A DNA stretch of 60,180 bases from a virus. Taxonomy: Duplodnaviria > Caudoviricetes. The DNA lies in IMG/VR virus record IMGVR_UViG_3300046005_001206, positions 1 through 60,180 of that record; one strand, given 5' to 3'. Position 1 is the stretch's first letter; every line of letters starts with the position of its first letter. Below, piece after piece: positions 1 to 9,990 of this stretch. Position numbers and translations under genes: made by a program. Below the pieces are notes generated by a model that did no database searches, was not told the origin of the DNA, and saw nothing but the letters and a program-made list of their open reading frames with translations.

Positions 1-1
1 C

Positions 2-133
2 ATGATTACTTTTTATGATGCGTTTCCAATCAGCATTGGAGATATTGAGTTTAATAGTACAGATACTAGTGTCAATTATATAGAATGCAGTGTAGAGTTT
101 AAATATCTAAGGTATGATATCGAAGTTTTATAG
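2..133 (+). CDS. 3' end of tail completion/tail-tube terminator protein (T4 gp3-like), partial
   Basis: Frame reads ITFYDAFPISIGDIEFNSTDTSVNYIECSVEFKY*, typical of the tail-tube fold C-terminus; gp3-uvsY-uvsW order is common in T4-like phages. Confidence 0.65.
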   Translation: MITFYDAFPISIGDIEFNSTDTSVNYIECSVEFKYLRYDIEVL

Positions 134-142
134 GATTTAGTT

Positions 143-577
143 ATGAAAATTGATGACATTTATGCAGAATGGGAAAAAGATTCCCAGATTAATCGCTCTG
201 AGCTCGGCGACGAGGCGCTCAACATTCCAAAGCTTCATCACAAGTATTTTAAGATCTTTACACATGAGCGTCTGCTGCTTCGTAAACAAGAAGTCGAACT
301 GAAGCAACTCAAGCTCGAGAAGCTGGAATTCTATACTCTCGGGCCGACAGAAGAGTCTCATGAGAAAGGTTGGCGTTTGCCACCTCAAGGTAAAATACTC
401 AAATCTGAAGTGAATAACTATATCGAAGCAGACAAGGATATGGTGAATCTATCGCTGAAACTCGGCATTCAGCACGAGAAGATTGATCTCCTTGAATCCA
501 TCATCAAGTCTCTCACTGCTCGTGGTTTTAATATTAAGGCCGCAATAGAATGGGAAAAGTTCAAGGTAGGTATCTGA
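143..577 (+). CDS. uvsY: Recombination mediator UvsY
   Basis: 144 aa; IPKLHHKY, YIEADKD, RGFNIKAAIEWEKF; precedes uvsW. Confidence 0.88.
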   Translation: MKIDDIYAEWEKDSQINRSELGDEALNIPKLHHKYFKIFTHERLLLRKQEVELKQLKLEKLEFYTLGPTEESHEKGWRLPPQGKILKSEVNNYIEADKDMVNLSLKLGIQHEKIDLLESIIKSLTARGFNIKAAIEWEKFKVGI

Positions 578-765
578 TGTATTTTTATCAAGCACAATGG
601 TGGGATGATGGCAATCAGTTTGGAAAATTGCGACAAACTCGTGAAGAAGCCATTGCCGATCTGGCTGCTATGGGTTGTCCGGTAGACGAACTAGTCGACA
701 CTGGTTTACATGTGCCAATGTATGATCCTGGTATGGGATACGGCATTGCAGTCACTAGAGTTTAA
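577..765 (+). CDS. Hypothetical protein
   Basis: ATG overlaps uvsY stop (TGATG); fills the gap to uvsW. Confidence 0.6.
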   Translation: MYFYQAQWWDDGNQFGKLRQTREEAIADLAAMGCPVDELVDTGLHVPMYDPGMGYGIAVTRV

Positions 766-767
766 GA

Positions 768-2225
768 ATGGCAGATGTCCACCTAAAATTTATTAATAGT
801 GTCCACGTCAAAGTGGAAGCAGAACCATCGACTATCATGGAATTGGCAGACGAGTTTACGTTCTATGCAGAGAATTATAAGTTCCATCCAAAGTATCGAG
901 CGAGAATGTGGGACGGCAAAATTCGTCTCATCAACAATCTGACTGGATATGTATACTCGGGTTTAGCAAGACATATTAAAAAGTTTTGCGATGCTCGAAA
1001 CTATACGTTCTCGTTTGACGAAGAATTGTATTATGATGGAGTATCTGAGCACGAGCTAAGAGAGTTCATAAATACTCTTGGAATTCCTGAAAAGTATGCC
1101 GTTCGAGATTATCAGTTTGATTCAATCTTGAAATGTATTCGATCGAATCGAAGAACATTGGTATCGCCGACTTCTTCTGGTAAATCTCTCATGATCTACA
1201 TTCTGATGAGATGGTATCAAAAACATAAGGCTTTGATCATTGTTCCTACGATTGGACTGGTGAATCAGATGGAGAGTGACTTTCGAGATTATGGCTATGC
1301 AGGCGATATTCACATGTCGACTCAAGGTTTGAGTAAGGCGAATGATATTGAATGTGATATGGTCGTAACGACGTGGCAGTCATTGAACAATGGTAAGAAT
1401 AAGATGCCAAAACCTTGGTATCAACAGTTTGGAGTCGTATTCGGAGATGAAGCACATGGAGCAAAAGCAACTTCGCTTATACAAATTCTTAGTAGTCTTA
1501 CTGATTGTAAGTATCGCTTTGGCACTACTGGCACCCTTGATGGCACACCCCTCAACGAAACAACAATCGAAGGTCTCTTCGGTCCAAAATACAAAGCCGT
1601 TAGCACAAAAGATCTTATGGATCAAGGATACGTATCCAAACTCAAGATCAAGTGCATCGTCCTGAAGTATAATGAATCAACTAGCCATGCAGTCAAAGGA
1701 AAGACATATCAAGAAGAGATCGATTTCCTCATTCATTGCGACGCTCGAAATAAATTTATCAGAAACCTCAGTCTCTCGTTAAAAGGTAATAAGCTTGTTT
1801 TCTTTCGAATTGTGGATCATGGTAAAACACTCCATGATCTCATCACAAGAAGTACTGATCATAATGTTTTTTACATCGATGGCTCTGTTAGCGGTGATAC
1901 TCGAGAATCGATACGAAAGGCGATCGAAGAAGAAGAAAACGCCATCCTCCTCGCCTCTCTAGGAACGACATCGACTGGAGTAAGTATTAATCGATTGCAT
2001 CATATGATCGCAGCATCTCCATCGAAGTCAAAGATTAAGGTGCTTCAGTCTATCGGTCGTATGCTTCGCCAGCATGAATCAAAAGAGCACGCTGTCTTAT
2101 ATGACATCGTCGATGACCTCTCTTACAAATCCCATCAAAACTTTACTCTTCTACACTTTATTGAACGTACGAAGATTTATGACTCTGAACAGTTTGACTA
2201 TGAAATCTATAATGTAAAGGTTTAA
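768..2225 (+). CDS. uvsW: SF2 DNA helicase UvsW
   Basis: WDGKIRL, SPTSSGKS Walker A, DEAH, QSIGRMLR motifs. Confidence 0.95.
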   Translation: MADVHLKFINSVHVKVEAEPSTIMELADEFTFYAENYKFHPKYRARMWDGKIRLINNLTGYVYSGLARHIKKFCDARNYTFSFDEELYYDGVSEHELREFINTLGIPEKYAVRDYQFDSILKCIRSNRRTLVSPTSSGKSLMIYILMRWYQKHKALIIVPTIGLVNQMESDFRDYGYAGDIHMSTQGLSKANDIECDMVVTTWQSLNNGKNKMPKPWYQQFGVVFGDEAHGAKATSLIQILSSLTDCKYRFGTTGTLDGTPLNETTIEGLFGPKYKAVSTKDLMDQGYVSKLKIKCIVLKYNESTSHAVKGKTYQEEIDFLIHCDARNKFIRNLSLSLKGNKLVFFRIVDHGKTLHDLITRSTDHNVFYIDGSVSGDTRESIRKAIEEEENAILLASLGTTSTGVSINRLHHMIAASPSKSKIKVLQSIGRMLRQHESKEHAVLYDIVDDLSYKSHQNFTLLHFIERTKIYDSEQFDYEIYNVKV

Positions 2226-2227
2226 TT

Positions 2228-2611
2228 ATGATAAAAATATTACACTTGATTAGTGGCGAAACTCTTATCGGTGATGTTAAAAATGATACAGATATATCAG
2301 CGACATATATAATTGAACAACCATTTATGATGGATATTATCGACGACTCAGATGAAGGTTCTGGTGTTCGTATGGATTATTTGTTAGCATTTTCGAAAGA
2401 TAACGGTGTACATATAAAGAAAAACGTTGTATTGTATGACTATAATCCTTCAGATAGAATGGAAAGATATTATAATAAACTCGTCGAATACACAGTCAAG
2501 CATGAAAATGATAAAATCCTAGAACAAACCCTCGAGGGCATGGAAGAGATGGATCGCAAAATGAAATCTTTTATAGCACAAAGACTCGTCGGAAAAAGTA
2601 CAGTAAATTGA
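2228..2611 (+). CDS. Conserved T4-like hypothetical protein (Sm-like fold likely)
   Basis: KILHLISGETLIG N-terminus; usual position between uvsW and gp55. Confidence 0.6.
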   Translation: MIKILHLISGETLIGDVKNDTDISATYIIEQPFMMDIIDDSDEGSGVRMDYLLAFSKDNGVHIKKNVVLYDYNPSDRMERYYNKLVEYTVKHENDKILEQTLEGMEEMDRKMKSFIAQRLVGKSTVN

Positions 2612-2620
2612 GAAAGTTGA

Positions 2621-3184
2621 ATGATGATTAAAAAGAAATCGACTACCCATTATATCGATAATAAGTTATTCTATACCGAGATGGTCAAGTTTTGGAACTC
2701 GTGTCAAGAAGCTAAAAAGAATGGTGAACCGAGACCAGCAATTCCAGATTACGTAGGCAAGTGCATCATGTTGATCGCACAGCGCCTCTCAACTCGGCCT
2801 AACTTTATTGGATACTCATATCGTGAAGAGATGGTAGGAGATGGTATTGAAAACTGCCTGACATACATTCATAACTTCAATCCAGAAAAATCATCGAATC
2901 CATTCGCTTACTTTACACAAATCATTTACTATGCGTTCTTACGTCGAATTCAAAAAGAAAAGAAACACACATACATCAAGCATAAAGCTTTTGAGAATAG
3001 CATGATCATGAACACTCTCGTAGACATGGCGCCAGAAGATCGATCACACTTCAATGCCGCATTTATCAATGTCTCAGAAAAGCTCGGCGAATTAGTAGAG
3101 AAGTTTGAAGCAAAGAAACCGCCAAAGCCAGTCGAAAAGAAAGGCGTAGAGAAGTTTATCGAGGACGAAGAAGATGAAGGATAA
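2621..3184 (+). CDS. gp55: Late-transcription sigma factor gp55
   Basis: HYIDNK, NFIGYSYREEMVGDGIENC, NPFAYFTQIIYYAFLRRIQKEKK. Confidence 0.95.
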   Translation: MMIKKKSTTHYIDNKLFYTEMVKFWNSCQEAKKNGEPRPAIPDYVGKCIMLIAQRLSTRPNFIGYSYREEMVGDGIENCLTYIHNFNPEKSSNPFAYFTQIIYYAFLRRIQKEKKHTYIKHKAFENSMIMNTLVDMAPEDRSHFNAAFINVSEKLGELVEKFEAKKPPKPVEKKGVEKFIEDEEDEG

Positions 3185-3344
3185 TATTCCAGCTCTGGTT
3201 CAACAGATCAGAGAAAACATGCTGAATGAAAAAACACCTGAACACATTCGGTATAACTACATGATTTCGATGGAACTCATTCGTGATTTTGCGGATATGT
3301 CTTTACGTGAATATTATGGTAACAAGAAGAAGATCTTTAAATGA
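3174..3344 (+). CDS. Small hypothetical protein (56 aa)
   Basis: Hand-translated MKDNIPALVQQIRENMLNE...; stop overlaps gp47 ATG (ATGA). Confidence 0.55.
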   Translation: MKDNIPALVQQIRENMLNEKTPEHIRYNYMISMELIRDFADMSLREYYGNKKKIFK

Positions 3345-4405
3345 AAATTGCTTTAATTACTGACACCCATTGGGGTGCTCGTGGGGATTCTGCGGCTTTC
3401 GCAGAGTATTTTAATAGGTTTTATTATGAACACTTCTTTCCGTACCTTTCTGCTAATGGTATTAGCCGCATTTTTCATTTGGGCGATATTGTTGATCGAC
3501 GAAAGTATATCAACTTTGTTACAGCGAGAAATTTACGGCGATTCGTCGAACACTGTGATACTTCAGGAATCCGACTAGACGTTATCATCGGCAACCATGA
3601 TACTTCGTTCAAGAACACGAACGAAGTCAATTCAATGCGCGAGTTGTTTGATCACTCGACGTATAACATTCACTACTACTCAGATCCAACAGAAGTCGAT
3701 ATCGACGGCTTGAATATTGCCGTACTTCCTTGGATTTGTTCTGGCAACTATGATGAAAGCATGGAGTTTATCGATAAGACTTCTGCGCAGGTTTTATTTG
3801 GACATCTTGAACTTGCCGGCTTCGAGATGTATAAAGGTGCAATAAATGATCATGGATTTAGCGCTAGCATGTTTGATAAGTTTGATGTCGTGTGTAGTGG
3901 GCATTTCCATCATAAATCCACGCGTGGTAATATCAATTATCTTGGCGCACCCTACGAAATGTCTTGGTCTGACTATGATGATCCAAGGGGCTTTCATATA
4001 TTTGACACAGACACTCGTGAGCTAACATTCATACAGAATCCTTATACGATGTTTCAGAAGTGGTTCTATGATGATGCCAAATGGTCTAACTTTGAATCCA
4101 TTAACGAGTTAGATTTCGATGCTGTTAAGGGTAACTACATCAAGGTGATTGTAAAGAACAAGAACAATCCTTTCTGGTTCGATACATATATTGATAAGCT
4201 CGAAAAGGCAGGTGCTCTTGACATTCAGGTGGTCGAAGACAATCTTAATCTTCAACTGGAAGATGACCGTGACATTGTCAATGAAGCGGAAGATACGCTC
4301 ACAATCCTCACCAAAGTAGTCGACCAGTGGGATACTCCAGTCGATAAAAAAAGATTGTACAATTTCTTAACAACGCTGTATGGTGAAGCTTTAAGTGTGG
4401 AGTAA
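3341..4405 (+). CDS. gp47: Recombination endonuclease subunit gp47 (Mre11/SbcD-like)
   Basis: DTHWG, GD, GNHD, GHFH phosphoesterase motifs; adjacent to gp46. Confidence 0.95.
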   Translation: MKIALITDTHWGARGDSAAFAEYFNRFYYEHFFPYLSANGISRIFHLGDIVDRRKYINFVTARNLRRFVEHCDTSGIRLDVIIGNHDTSFKNTNEVNSMRELFDHSTYNIHYYSDPTEVDIDGLNIAVLPWICSGNYDESMEFIDKTSAQVLFGHLELAGFEMYKGAINDHGFSASMFDKFDVVCSGHFHHKSTRGNINYLGAPYEMSWSDYDDPRGFHIFDTDTRELTFIQNPYTMFQKWFYDDAKWSNFESINELDFDAVKGNYIKVIVKNKNNPFWFDTYIDKLEKAGALDIQVVEDNLNLQLEDDRDIVNEAEDTLTILTKVVDQWDTPVDKKRLYNFLTTLYGEALSVE

Positions 4406-4407
4406 TC

Positions 4408-6123
4408 ATGATTTATTTTAATAAACTCCGTTGGCAGAATCTTCTATCGACTGGAAACCAAATGACTGAGGTTCAATTGGATCGCAGCAAATCGACACTC
4501 ATTCTCGGTGAAAATGGCGCAGGCAAGTCGACGATCTTGGATGCGCTGTCTTATGTCTTGTATGGTAAAGCTTTTCGTAATATCAATAAACCTCAGCTTG
4601 TCAATTCCATGACAAATAAGAACCTTTTGGTTGAATGCGAGTTCTTAATAGGAAAAAACGCCTTTCTTGTAAAAAGAGGTATACGACCTAACCTCTTCGA
4701 GATCTATCAAAATGGTGTACTATTAAATCAAAATAGCTCTAATAAAGATTATCAAGATTACTTCGAGAAGCAGATATTGAAATTAAGTTTCAAATCTTTC
4801 AGCCAGATCGTAGTATTAGGCTCTGCAAACTATTTGCCTTTTATGCAGCTCCCAGCTCATGGGCGAAGAGAAGTCATCGAAGATCTTCTGGACATTCAAA
4901 TCTTCAGTACGATGAACACTCTTCTCAAAGAAAAGATCATTGAGAATCGCAACGAACTCCACGAGTCTGATCATAAGATTAATCTCATCGAGAATAAGAT
5001 CGAGTTGGCAGAGAAGCACATCGTATCTCTTCGTACCAATAATGACGAGCTCATCAAGGCCAAGCAAGGTATGATCGATGAACTCGAAGATCGTGTAGCA
5101 GAAACTGAAACTGCTATTCAAGTCGTGGCTGATAATATCTTGTCTTTGAGTGCACAGATCGAGGATCATGATAAGATATCCAAGCGCAAGCTAAAGCTAC
5201 GTCAGATGGAGACCGATCTCGAGACCAAGATTCGTAAGTTTAAGAAAGAGATCTCATTCTTCCATGACCACGACAACTGCCCGACATGTCGTCAAGGTAT
5301 TGATCATGGTTTTAAAGAAGAATGGATTAGTAATCGTACGAATAAGACGAGTGAAATCGAAGGCGCCATGGTCGAGATCGAGAAGCAGATGCAAAACATC
5401 GAAACTCGATTAAACGAGATCGCCGATATTAATACTCAGATCACTTCTTACAATACACAGATCACTGGTCATAATGCAGACATTCGTTCTTGGCAAAACT
5501 CGATTAAGACTCTGAATGCAGAGATCGAATCGATTCGTAATAATACTCTTGCGATTGACACAAGCAACATCGATGTCGATACTTTCAAGACTGAGTTAAA
5601 GAACACCAAAGCTCGTAAAGAAGAACTCACACATCATCGTTCGGTTCTTGAAGTGGCTGGTGTTCTTCTGAAGGACACAGGCATCAAGACGAAGATCATT
5701 AAGCAATATGTTCCTGTGATGAACAAACTCATCAACAAATATCTCGCAGCCATGGACTTCTTTGTTCAGTTCGAATTGGATGAAAATTTTAATGAAACTA
5801 TTAAATCGCGTTACAGAGACGATTTCAGCTATGCCTCTTTCTCAGAAGGAGAAAAGATGCGCATTGATCTTAGCCTTATGTTTACCTGGCGGGCTATTGC
5901 TAAGCTCCGTAATTCTGCTTCGACCAACCTTCTCCTCATGGATGAAGTCTTCGACTCGTCGCTTGACGTCGGAGGAACAGAAGAATTTATGAAGATCCTC
6001 GAAGGCTTGACACAAGATACGAATACGTTTGTGATCTCACATAAGGGCGATCAGCTCTATGATAAGTTCCATAGCGTAATCAAGTTTGAGAAGCATAAGA
6101 ACTTCAGTCGGATTGCAGCATGA
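4408..6123 (+). CDS. gp46: Recombination ATPase subunit gp46 (Rad50/SbcC-like)
   Basis: GENGAGKS, CPTC zinc hook, coiled coil, FSEGEK signature, LLMDEVFD. Confidence 0.95.
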   Translation: MIYFNKLRWQNLLSTGNQMTEVQLDRSKSTLILGENGAGKSTILDALSYVLYGKAFRNINKPQLVNSMTNKNLLVECEFLIGKNAFLVKRGIRPNLFEIYQNGVLLNQNSSNKDYQDYFEKQILKLSFKSFSQIVVLGSANYLPFMQLPAHGRREVIEDLLDIQIFSTMNTLLKEKIIENRNELHESDHKINLIENKIELAEKHIVSLRTNNDELIKAKQGMIDELEDRVAETETAIQVVADNILSLSAQIEDHDKISKRKLKLRQMETDLETKIRKFKKEISFFHDHDNCPTCRQGIDHGFKEEWISNRTNKTSEIEGAMVEIEKQMQNIETRLNEIADINTQITSYNTQITGHNADIRSWQNSIKTLNAEIESIRNNTLAIDTSNIDVDTFKTELKNTKARKEELTHHRSVLEVAGVLLKDTGIKTKIIKQYVPVMNKLINKYLAAMDFFVQFELDENFNETIKSRYRDDFSYASFSEGEKMRIDLSLMFTWRAIAKLRNSASTNLLLMDEVFDSSLDVGGTEEFMKILEGLTQDTNTFVISHKGDQLYDKFHSVIKFEKHKNFSRIAA

Positions 6124-6160
6124 ACCAGTGGATTGCAATCATAGATAGTAGGATTATCAA

Positions 6161-6721
6161 ATGATTAGAGATATTTTAATGCATACCGATTCTCTTTTGA
6201 AGGAAGAGATGCCTAAGTTTGACTTCGATAATCCGATCGTTAATCCTGTAGAACTCTATAACGATCTTGCTAAGACGATGATCGATGCTGAAGGCATGGG
6301 ACTCTCGGCCAATCAGATTGGTGTACGTACTCGTATGTTTGTCATGCGCGCAGAGAACGTGATCGGTGTGATCAATCCAAAGATCATCGACGTATCATCA
6401 GAGATGGTGACACTCGAAGAAGGATGCTTGTCGTATCCAAATCTCTTTGTGAAGATCAAGCGACCGAAGTTTATTAAGGTTCGCTTCACACATCCGGATG
6501 GCACAACTGAGACGAAGAAGTTCGATGGTATCACTGCTCGTGTGTTTCAACATGAGCTCGATCATTTGAATGGAATCCCGCACACAAAGCGAGCGAATAC
6601 ATATCATATGGAACAAGCAAAAAAGTTAGCGGCGAAAATAAACCGAAAAAACGGTGTACTTAAACCGAAAAATGAGTTATCTTTAGAAGTACAACAAATG
6701 ATGGATTGGTTAAAAGCATGA
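6161..6721 (+). CDS. def: Peptide deformylase
   Basis: GMGLSANQIG, EGCLS and QHELDH motifs. Confidence 0.93.
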   Translation: MIRDILMHTDSLLKEEMPKFDFDNPIVNPVELYNDLAKTMIDAEGMGLSANQIGVRTRMFVMRAENVIGVINPKIIDVSSEMVTLEEGCLSYPNLFVKIKRPKFIKVRFTHPDGTTETKKFDGITARVFQHELDHLNGIPHTKRANTYHMEQAKKLAAKINRKNGVLKPKNELSLEVQQMMDWLKA

Positions 6722-7128
6722 GTGAAGATTGGGTAAGAGATATTAATGGTATGCATCGGTATTACGGTGTGAATGAGAAGGTTCAAGATTTTGATGCCGA
6801 GAAGCTCAAGCAGTTTCTTCGGTTTCGTATGACGTTCCTCGATGAAGAACTGACTGAAACAAAGAATGCAGTTCGCGATAACGATGCCGAGGAAATCGTT
6901 GATGGTCTGATCGACCTGTGTGTCGTGGCCATTGGTACTCTCGATTCGATGGGTATCGATTCGTATGAGGCATGGAATAAGGTACTTCGTGCCAACCTTT
7001 CAAAAGAAGTTGGTATCAAGCCTGAACGACCGAATCCTCTCGGTCTTCCAGATCTGATCAAACCTGCCGGCTGGAAGGCTCCGAGCCATGCTAACAACCA
7101 TGGATTGCTCACAAAACTAAAAAAATAG
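6718..7128 (+). CDS. MazG-like all-alpha NTP pyrophosphohydrolase
   Basis: EELTE...EEIVDGLIDL acidic motif; ANLSK, LIKPAGW. Confidence 0.75.
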   Translation: MSEDWVRDINGMHRYYGVNEKVQDFDAEKLKQFLRFRMTFLDEELTETKNAVRDNDAEEIVDGLIDLCVVAIGTLDSMGIDSYEAWNKVLRANLSKEVGIKPERPNPLGLPDLIKPAGWKAPSHANNHGLLTKLKK

Positions 7129-7149
7129 TTTTGTTTCGAAAATAAAGCA

Positions 7150-7178
7150 TGTACAATTAATCCAATTCTTGGTAAGGT
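7150..7178 (+). promoter_or_regulatory. Early promoter TGTACA-N17-TAAGGT
   Basis: Member of the repeated promoter family; followed by AAGGA RBS. Confidence 0.75.
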
Positions 7179-7205
7179 GGACCTATAATCAAGAAGGAAA
7201 TAATT

Positions 7206-7508
7206 ATGACTGCTTTTACCAAACAAAATTTAGTTATCAGTGGCGATTATGTTTTTTACCAGCCTCACGCTGACAACTACTGGGAAGACCGCAAGTTTGT
7301 TGCCCGCTTCAAACACCGTGGGCCAGTTACCAAATCGAAGTTCATCAAGACTCTGATCAACCACTACTCGGTAGAAACCTACTTCAATCGTTTGGCCGGC
7401 GCTTACAACGCTCAAGGTGAAGCACCTCTGCAGATCCTTATGAATGACAACATTCTGATCTTCGATAGCGAAAATCGCAAGTTCATCCTTGACGGAAAGG
7501 TACTGTAA
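7206..7508 (+). CDS. Hypothetical early protein, paralog of 35875..36177
   Basis: Shares RKFVARFKHRGPVTK and HYSVETYF.RL.GAYNAQGEAPLQILMND with the second copy. Confidence 0.8.
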   Translation: MTAFTKQNLVISGDYVFYQPHADNYWEDRKFVARFKHRGPVTKSKFIKTLINHYSVETYFNRLAGAYNAQGEAPLQILMNDNILIFDSENRKFILDGKVL

Positions 7509-7996
7509 TGGGTAAGCAACTTACCGATCAGCAAAAATATGATAAGTATGTTGCTTTGGCAAATGTTATCATCGGCAATCATTCATTATTTCGGGATAAA
7601 CCTCTCGAGCGGCAGATTGCCATTAATGGAATCCGTAATTTGCTATTCGATTCTCCTAGTACTTTCAGCGGACTTGTTTCTGAAAAAGGCCAACATCTTA
7701 AAACCACTGAGTTGGTAAAGGAGCATTTTTATCCTCGCCAAGCGAGTGCATATAAAATGTTTGAGATGCTCGATGCCGGCGCTACAAAAGATGAGATAGT
7801 TAATTTCATTAAAATGTCATGCCAAGTTCACTATGTGACAAAAGAAGAAAATGAAGCGCTCAAGCCATATCAAAAACTTGGTTCAGGTTATGATACATGG
7901 GAAGAGCAATACGCCGCAGTTGTGATTGACGGCGTTAAGGGCATCAAGCTAGTTCCATATGTTCGAAAGAAACCTGGCCGCAAGCCGAAAAAATAA
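7508..7996 (+). CDS. Hypothetical protein (possible HNH/His-Me-like nuclease)
   Basis: EHFYPR...VTKEEN pattern loosely recalls His-Me nucleases; function weakly supported. Confidence 0.45.
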   Translation: MGKQLTDQQKYDKYVALANVIIGNHSLFRDKPLERQIAINGIRNLLFDSPSTFSGLVSEKGQHLKTTELVKEHFYPRQASAYKMFEMLDAGATKDEIVNFIKMSCQVHYVTKEENEALKPYQKLGSGYDTWEEQYAAVVIDGVKGIKLVPYVRKKPGRKPKK

Positions 7997-8039
7997 AATA
8001 ACTGTGTACATATTATGAAAGCTGTGGTATATTAAAATT

Positions 8040-8576
8040 ATGACCGAACTATTAGAAAAACTCAAAACCATCTTTGCAACAACCGAGCCTGGCTTGGTGA
8101 TCGATAAAGATTTCCTGCAACTTCGTGAAGATATGAAGGCTCGCCTTAATCAAGGATCTCGAACCGACTTCAAGTTCACCAAAGACGTCGACTGTCTGGT
8201 CCTCGAAGAGTGGCTCATCAAGAAAAACATCGTTCTTGGCCCTCTAACTGAGCATCTGACAAAGAATGGTGCATGCGTTTATGACGTCCGCATCGACGAT
8301 GCTTACATCGATTTCAAATGCATCGATGAGAACCTGTATTATAACGTTTCTGAACAGAAACTGAATACACATCCATGGGTTCAAGCTGGCATCAATGCCG
8401 GACTCTTGACTCATTATTGTTTTTATCGGATGCATCGGCCTGAAGATCGACCGCTCCAAGAAAATGATGTGGTGACATTCGAATTAATCAATGTACTTAA
8501 TTCGCAATATGTAGTAGATTCATTAATGCCTTCCAAATACGAAGGTAAATTTTTAAAGGTGAAAAAGTATGTCTAA
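8040..8576 (+). CDS. Putative PD-(D/E)XK endonuclease-like protein
   Basis: YDVRIDDAYIDFKCI fits D...DxK; early promoter at 8005-8033. Confidence 0.45.
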   Translation: MTELLEKLKTIFATTEPGLVIDKDFLQLREDMKARLNQGSRTDFKFTKDVDCLVLEEWLIKKNIVLGPLTEHLTKNGACVYDVRIDDAYIDFKCIDENLYYNVSEQKLNTHPWVQAGINAGLLTHYCFYRMHRPEDRPLQENDVVTFELINVLNSQYVVDSLMPSKYEGKFLKVKKYV

Positions 8577-8931
8577 AGAACGTGAATCAATTCGAGTCCT
8601 CCAAGAATGTGCTGAAATCCAGCTAAAGAAGTCGAAAGACTATCAGAATGATGCGAGTCGCATTCGTCAAGCTGACTACTATCCTCGTGGCGTAGCAACC
8701 ATCACCGATCTCATCTATGCCAAGACTCTGCGTATGCAGTCTGTCATCGAAGCCATGGAAAAAGATCCTACGTACAAGCCTAACTTCGAATCGATCGAAG
8801 ATTCGGCAATGGATCTGATCAACTACGCATCGTTCGTAGTATCCTATTGTCGTGGCAAGATGGACGGCCAATCACCTGATCGTGACTTTCTCAACCGTCC
8901 AGTAGGAGCGATGAAGAATGTTGAAGGTTGA
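8569..8931 (+). CDS. Nucleotide-modification-associated domain protein (DUF1599-like)
   Basis: KKSKDY...SIEDSAMDLINYASF; adjacent to the hydroxymethylase. Confidence 0.7.
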   Translation: MSKERESIRVLQECAEIQLKKSKDYQNDASRIRQADYYPRGVATITDLIYAKTLRMQSVIEAMEKDPTYKPNFESIEDSAMDLINYASFVVSYCRGKMDGQSPDRDFLNRPVGAMKNVEG

Positions 8932-9565
8932 AGATATTCGTAAACACTTCATCAACGAACTTCTCGACGATCATTACGTCACAGACAAGACTGGTGTCAA
9001 AACCATCGAGATGATTGGTGCTACCTTCGAAGCAGATGAACCAACCATCTTCGGTGAAGTCAATGAAGAGTATGTCGAGCGCGAACTTCAATGGTATCAG
9101 TCGATGTCACTCAGTGTTAACGATATTCCTGGTAAGACTCCTGCAATTTGGCAGCAAGTCGCTGATAAGTATGGCTACATCAACTCGAATTATGGTTGGG
9201 CTATCTGGCATGAAGATAACTTCGATCAATATAATCATGTTCTGAAAGAACTTCGTGATAATCCAAACAGTCGTCGTGCTGTGATGATCTACACTCGTCC
9301 TACGATGTGGTACGACTACAACTATAATGGCATGTCAGACTTCATGTGCACCAATGCAGTACAGTATATGATTCGTGACGATCAGTTGGTAGCCATAGTT
9401 CAAATGCGGTCGAACGACGTTGTCTTCGGCTATCGCAATGACTATGCGTGGCAAAAGCACGTCGTCGATAAGCTGGCTGCTGAACTCGGTATCAACAGCA
9501 CTAAGATTATCTGGCATGTCGGTAACCTCCATGTATATGAGAGGCACTTTGATAAGGTAAAGTAA
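8918..9565 (+). CDS. gp42: dCMP hydroxymethylase (T4 gp42-like, thymidylate synthase fold)
   Basis: INSNYGW, SRRA, DFMCT catalytic Cys, MRSNDVVFGYRNDYAWQ (cytosine-specifying Asp as in T4 gp42), LHVYERHF. Confidence 0.85.
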   Translation: MLKVEDIRKHFINELLDDHYVTDKTGVKTIEMIGATFEADEPTIFGEVNEEYVERELQWYQSMSLSVNDIPGKTPAIWQQVADKYGYINSNYGWAIWHEDNFDQYNHVLKELRDNPNSRRAVMIYTRPTMWYDYNYNGMSDFMCTNAVQYMIRDDQLVAIVQMRSNDVVFGYRNDYAWQKHVVDKLAAELGINSTKIIWHVGNLHVYERHFDKVK

Positions 9566-9990
9566 TGAAAGACGTTTTATATTATTCTTCCATTAGCGGC
9601 CACAAGATCAGCGACGATGTTGTGGTCGTTGGCTTGTGTCCATCGAGCAACGATGTTCGTTCGAGATCTGACACATACTGGAGGCTGAAGAACTGGATGA
9701 ACATCGTAGGTCAATACGACTATGATTTCTATAACGTGATTCCTGACATTGTCGATGCAGAACCGAAGATGACGAACGTCAATCTTAACGATATAAATAC
9801 TAAGCTAAGCAAGTTTAAGGATAAGAAGGTGATTGCCCTTGGCAACTTTCCTTCGAAGGTTCTCGATAAGCTAGGCATTCACCATCTCAAGATCGGTCAT
9901 CCTTCGATGCGTAATAGAAAGTGGAATGACTTTCGTAACGTAACGATGACTCTTGAAAATATGAAAGATTACTTGCGTGGAACTCACTGA
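9565..9990 (+). CDS. Uracil-DNA-glycosylase-superfamily protein
   Basis: VGLCPSS, KVIALG, HPSMRN resemble UDG-fold motifs. Confidence 0.6.
   Translation: MKDVLYYSSISGHKISDDVVVVGLCPSSNDVRSRSDTYWRLKNWMNIVGQYDYDFYNVIPDIVDAEPKMTNVNLNDINTKLSKFKDKKVIALGNFPSKVLDKLGIHHLKIGHPSMRNRKWNDFRNVTMTLENMKDYLRGTH

Noticed and set aside
8918-9565. Ordinary thymidylate synthase ThyA
   Set aside because: Has the gp42-type RND motif instead of PFN, and ThyX is encoded at 56000
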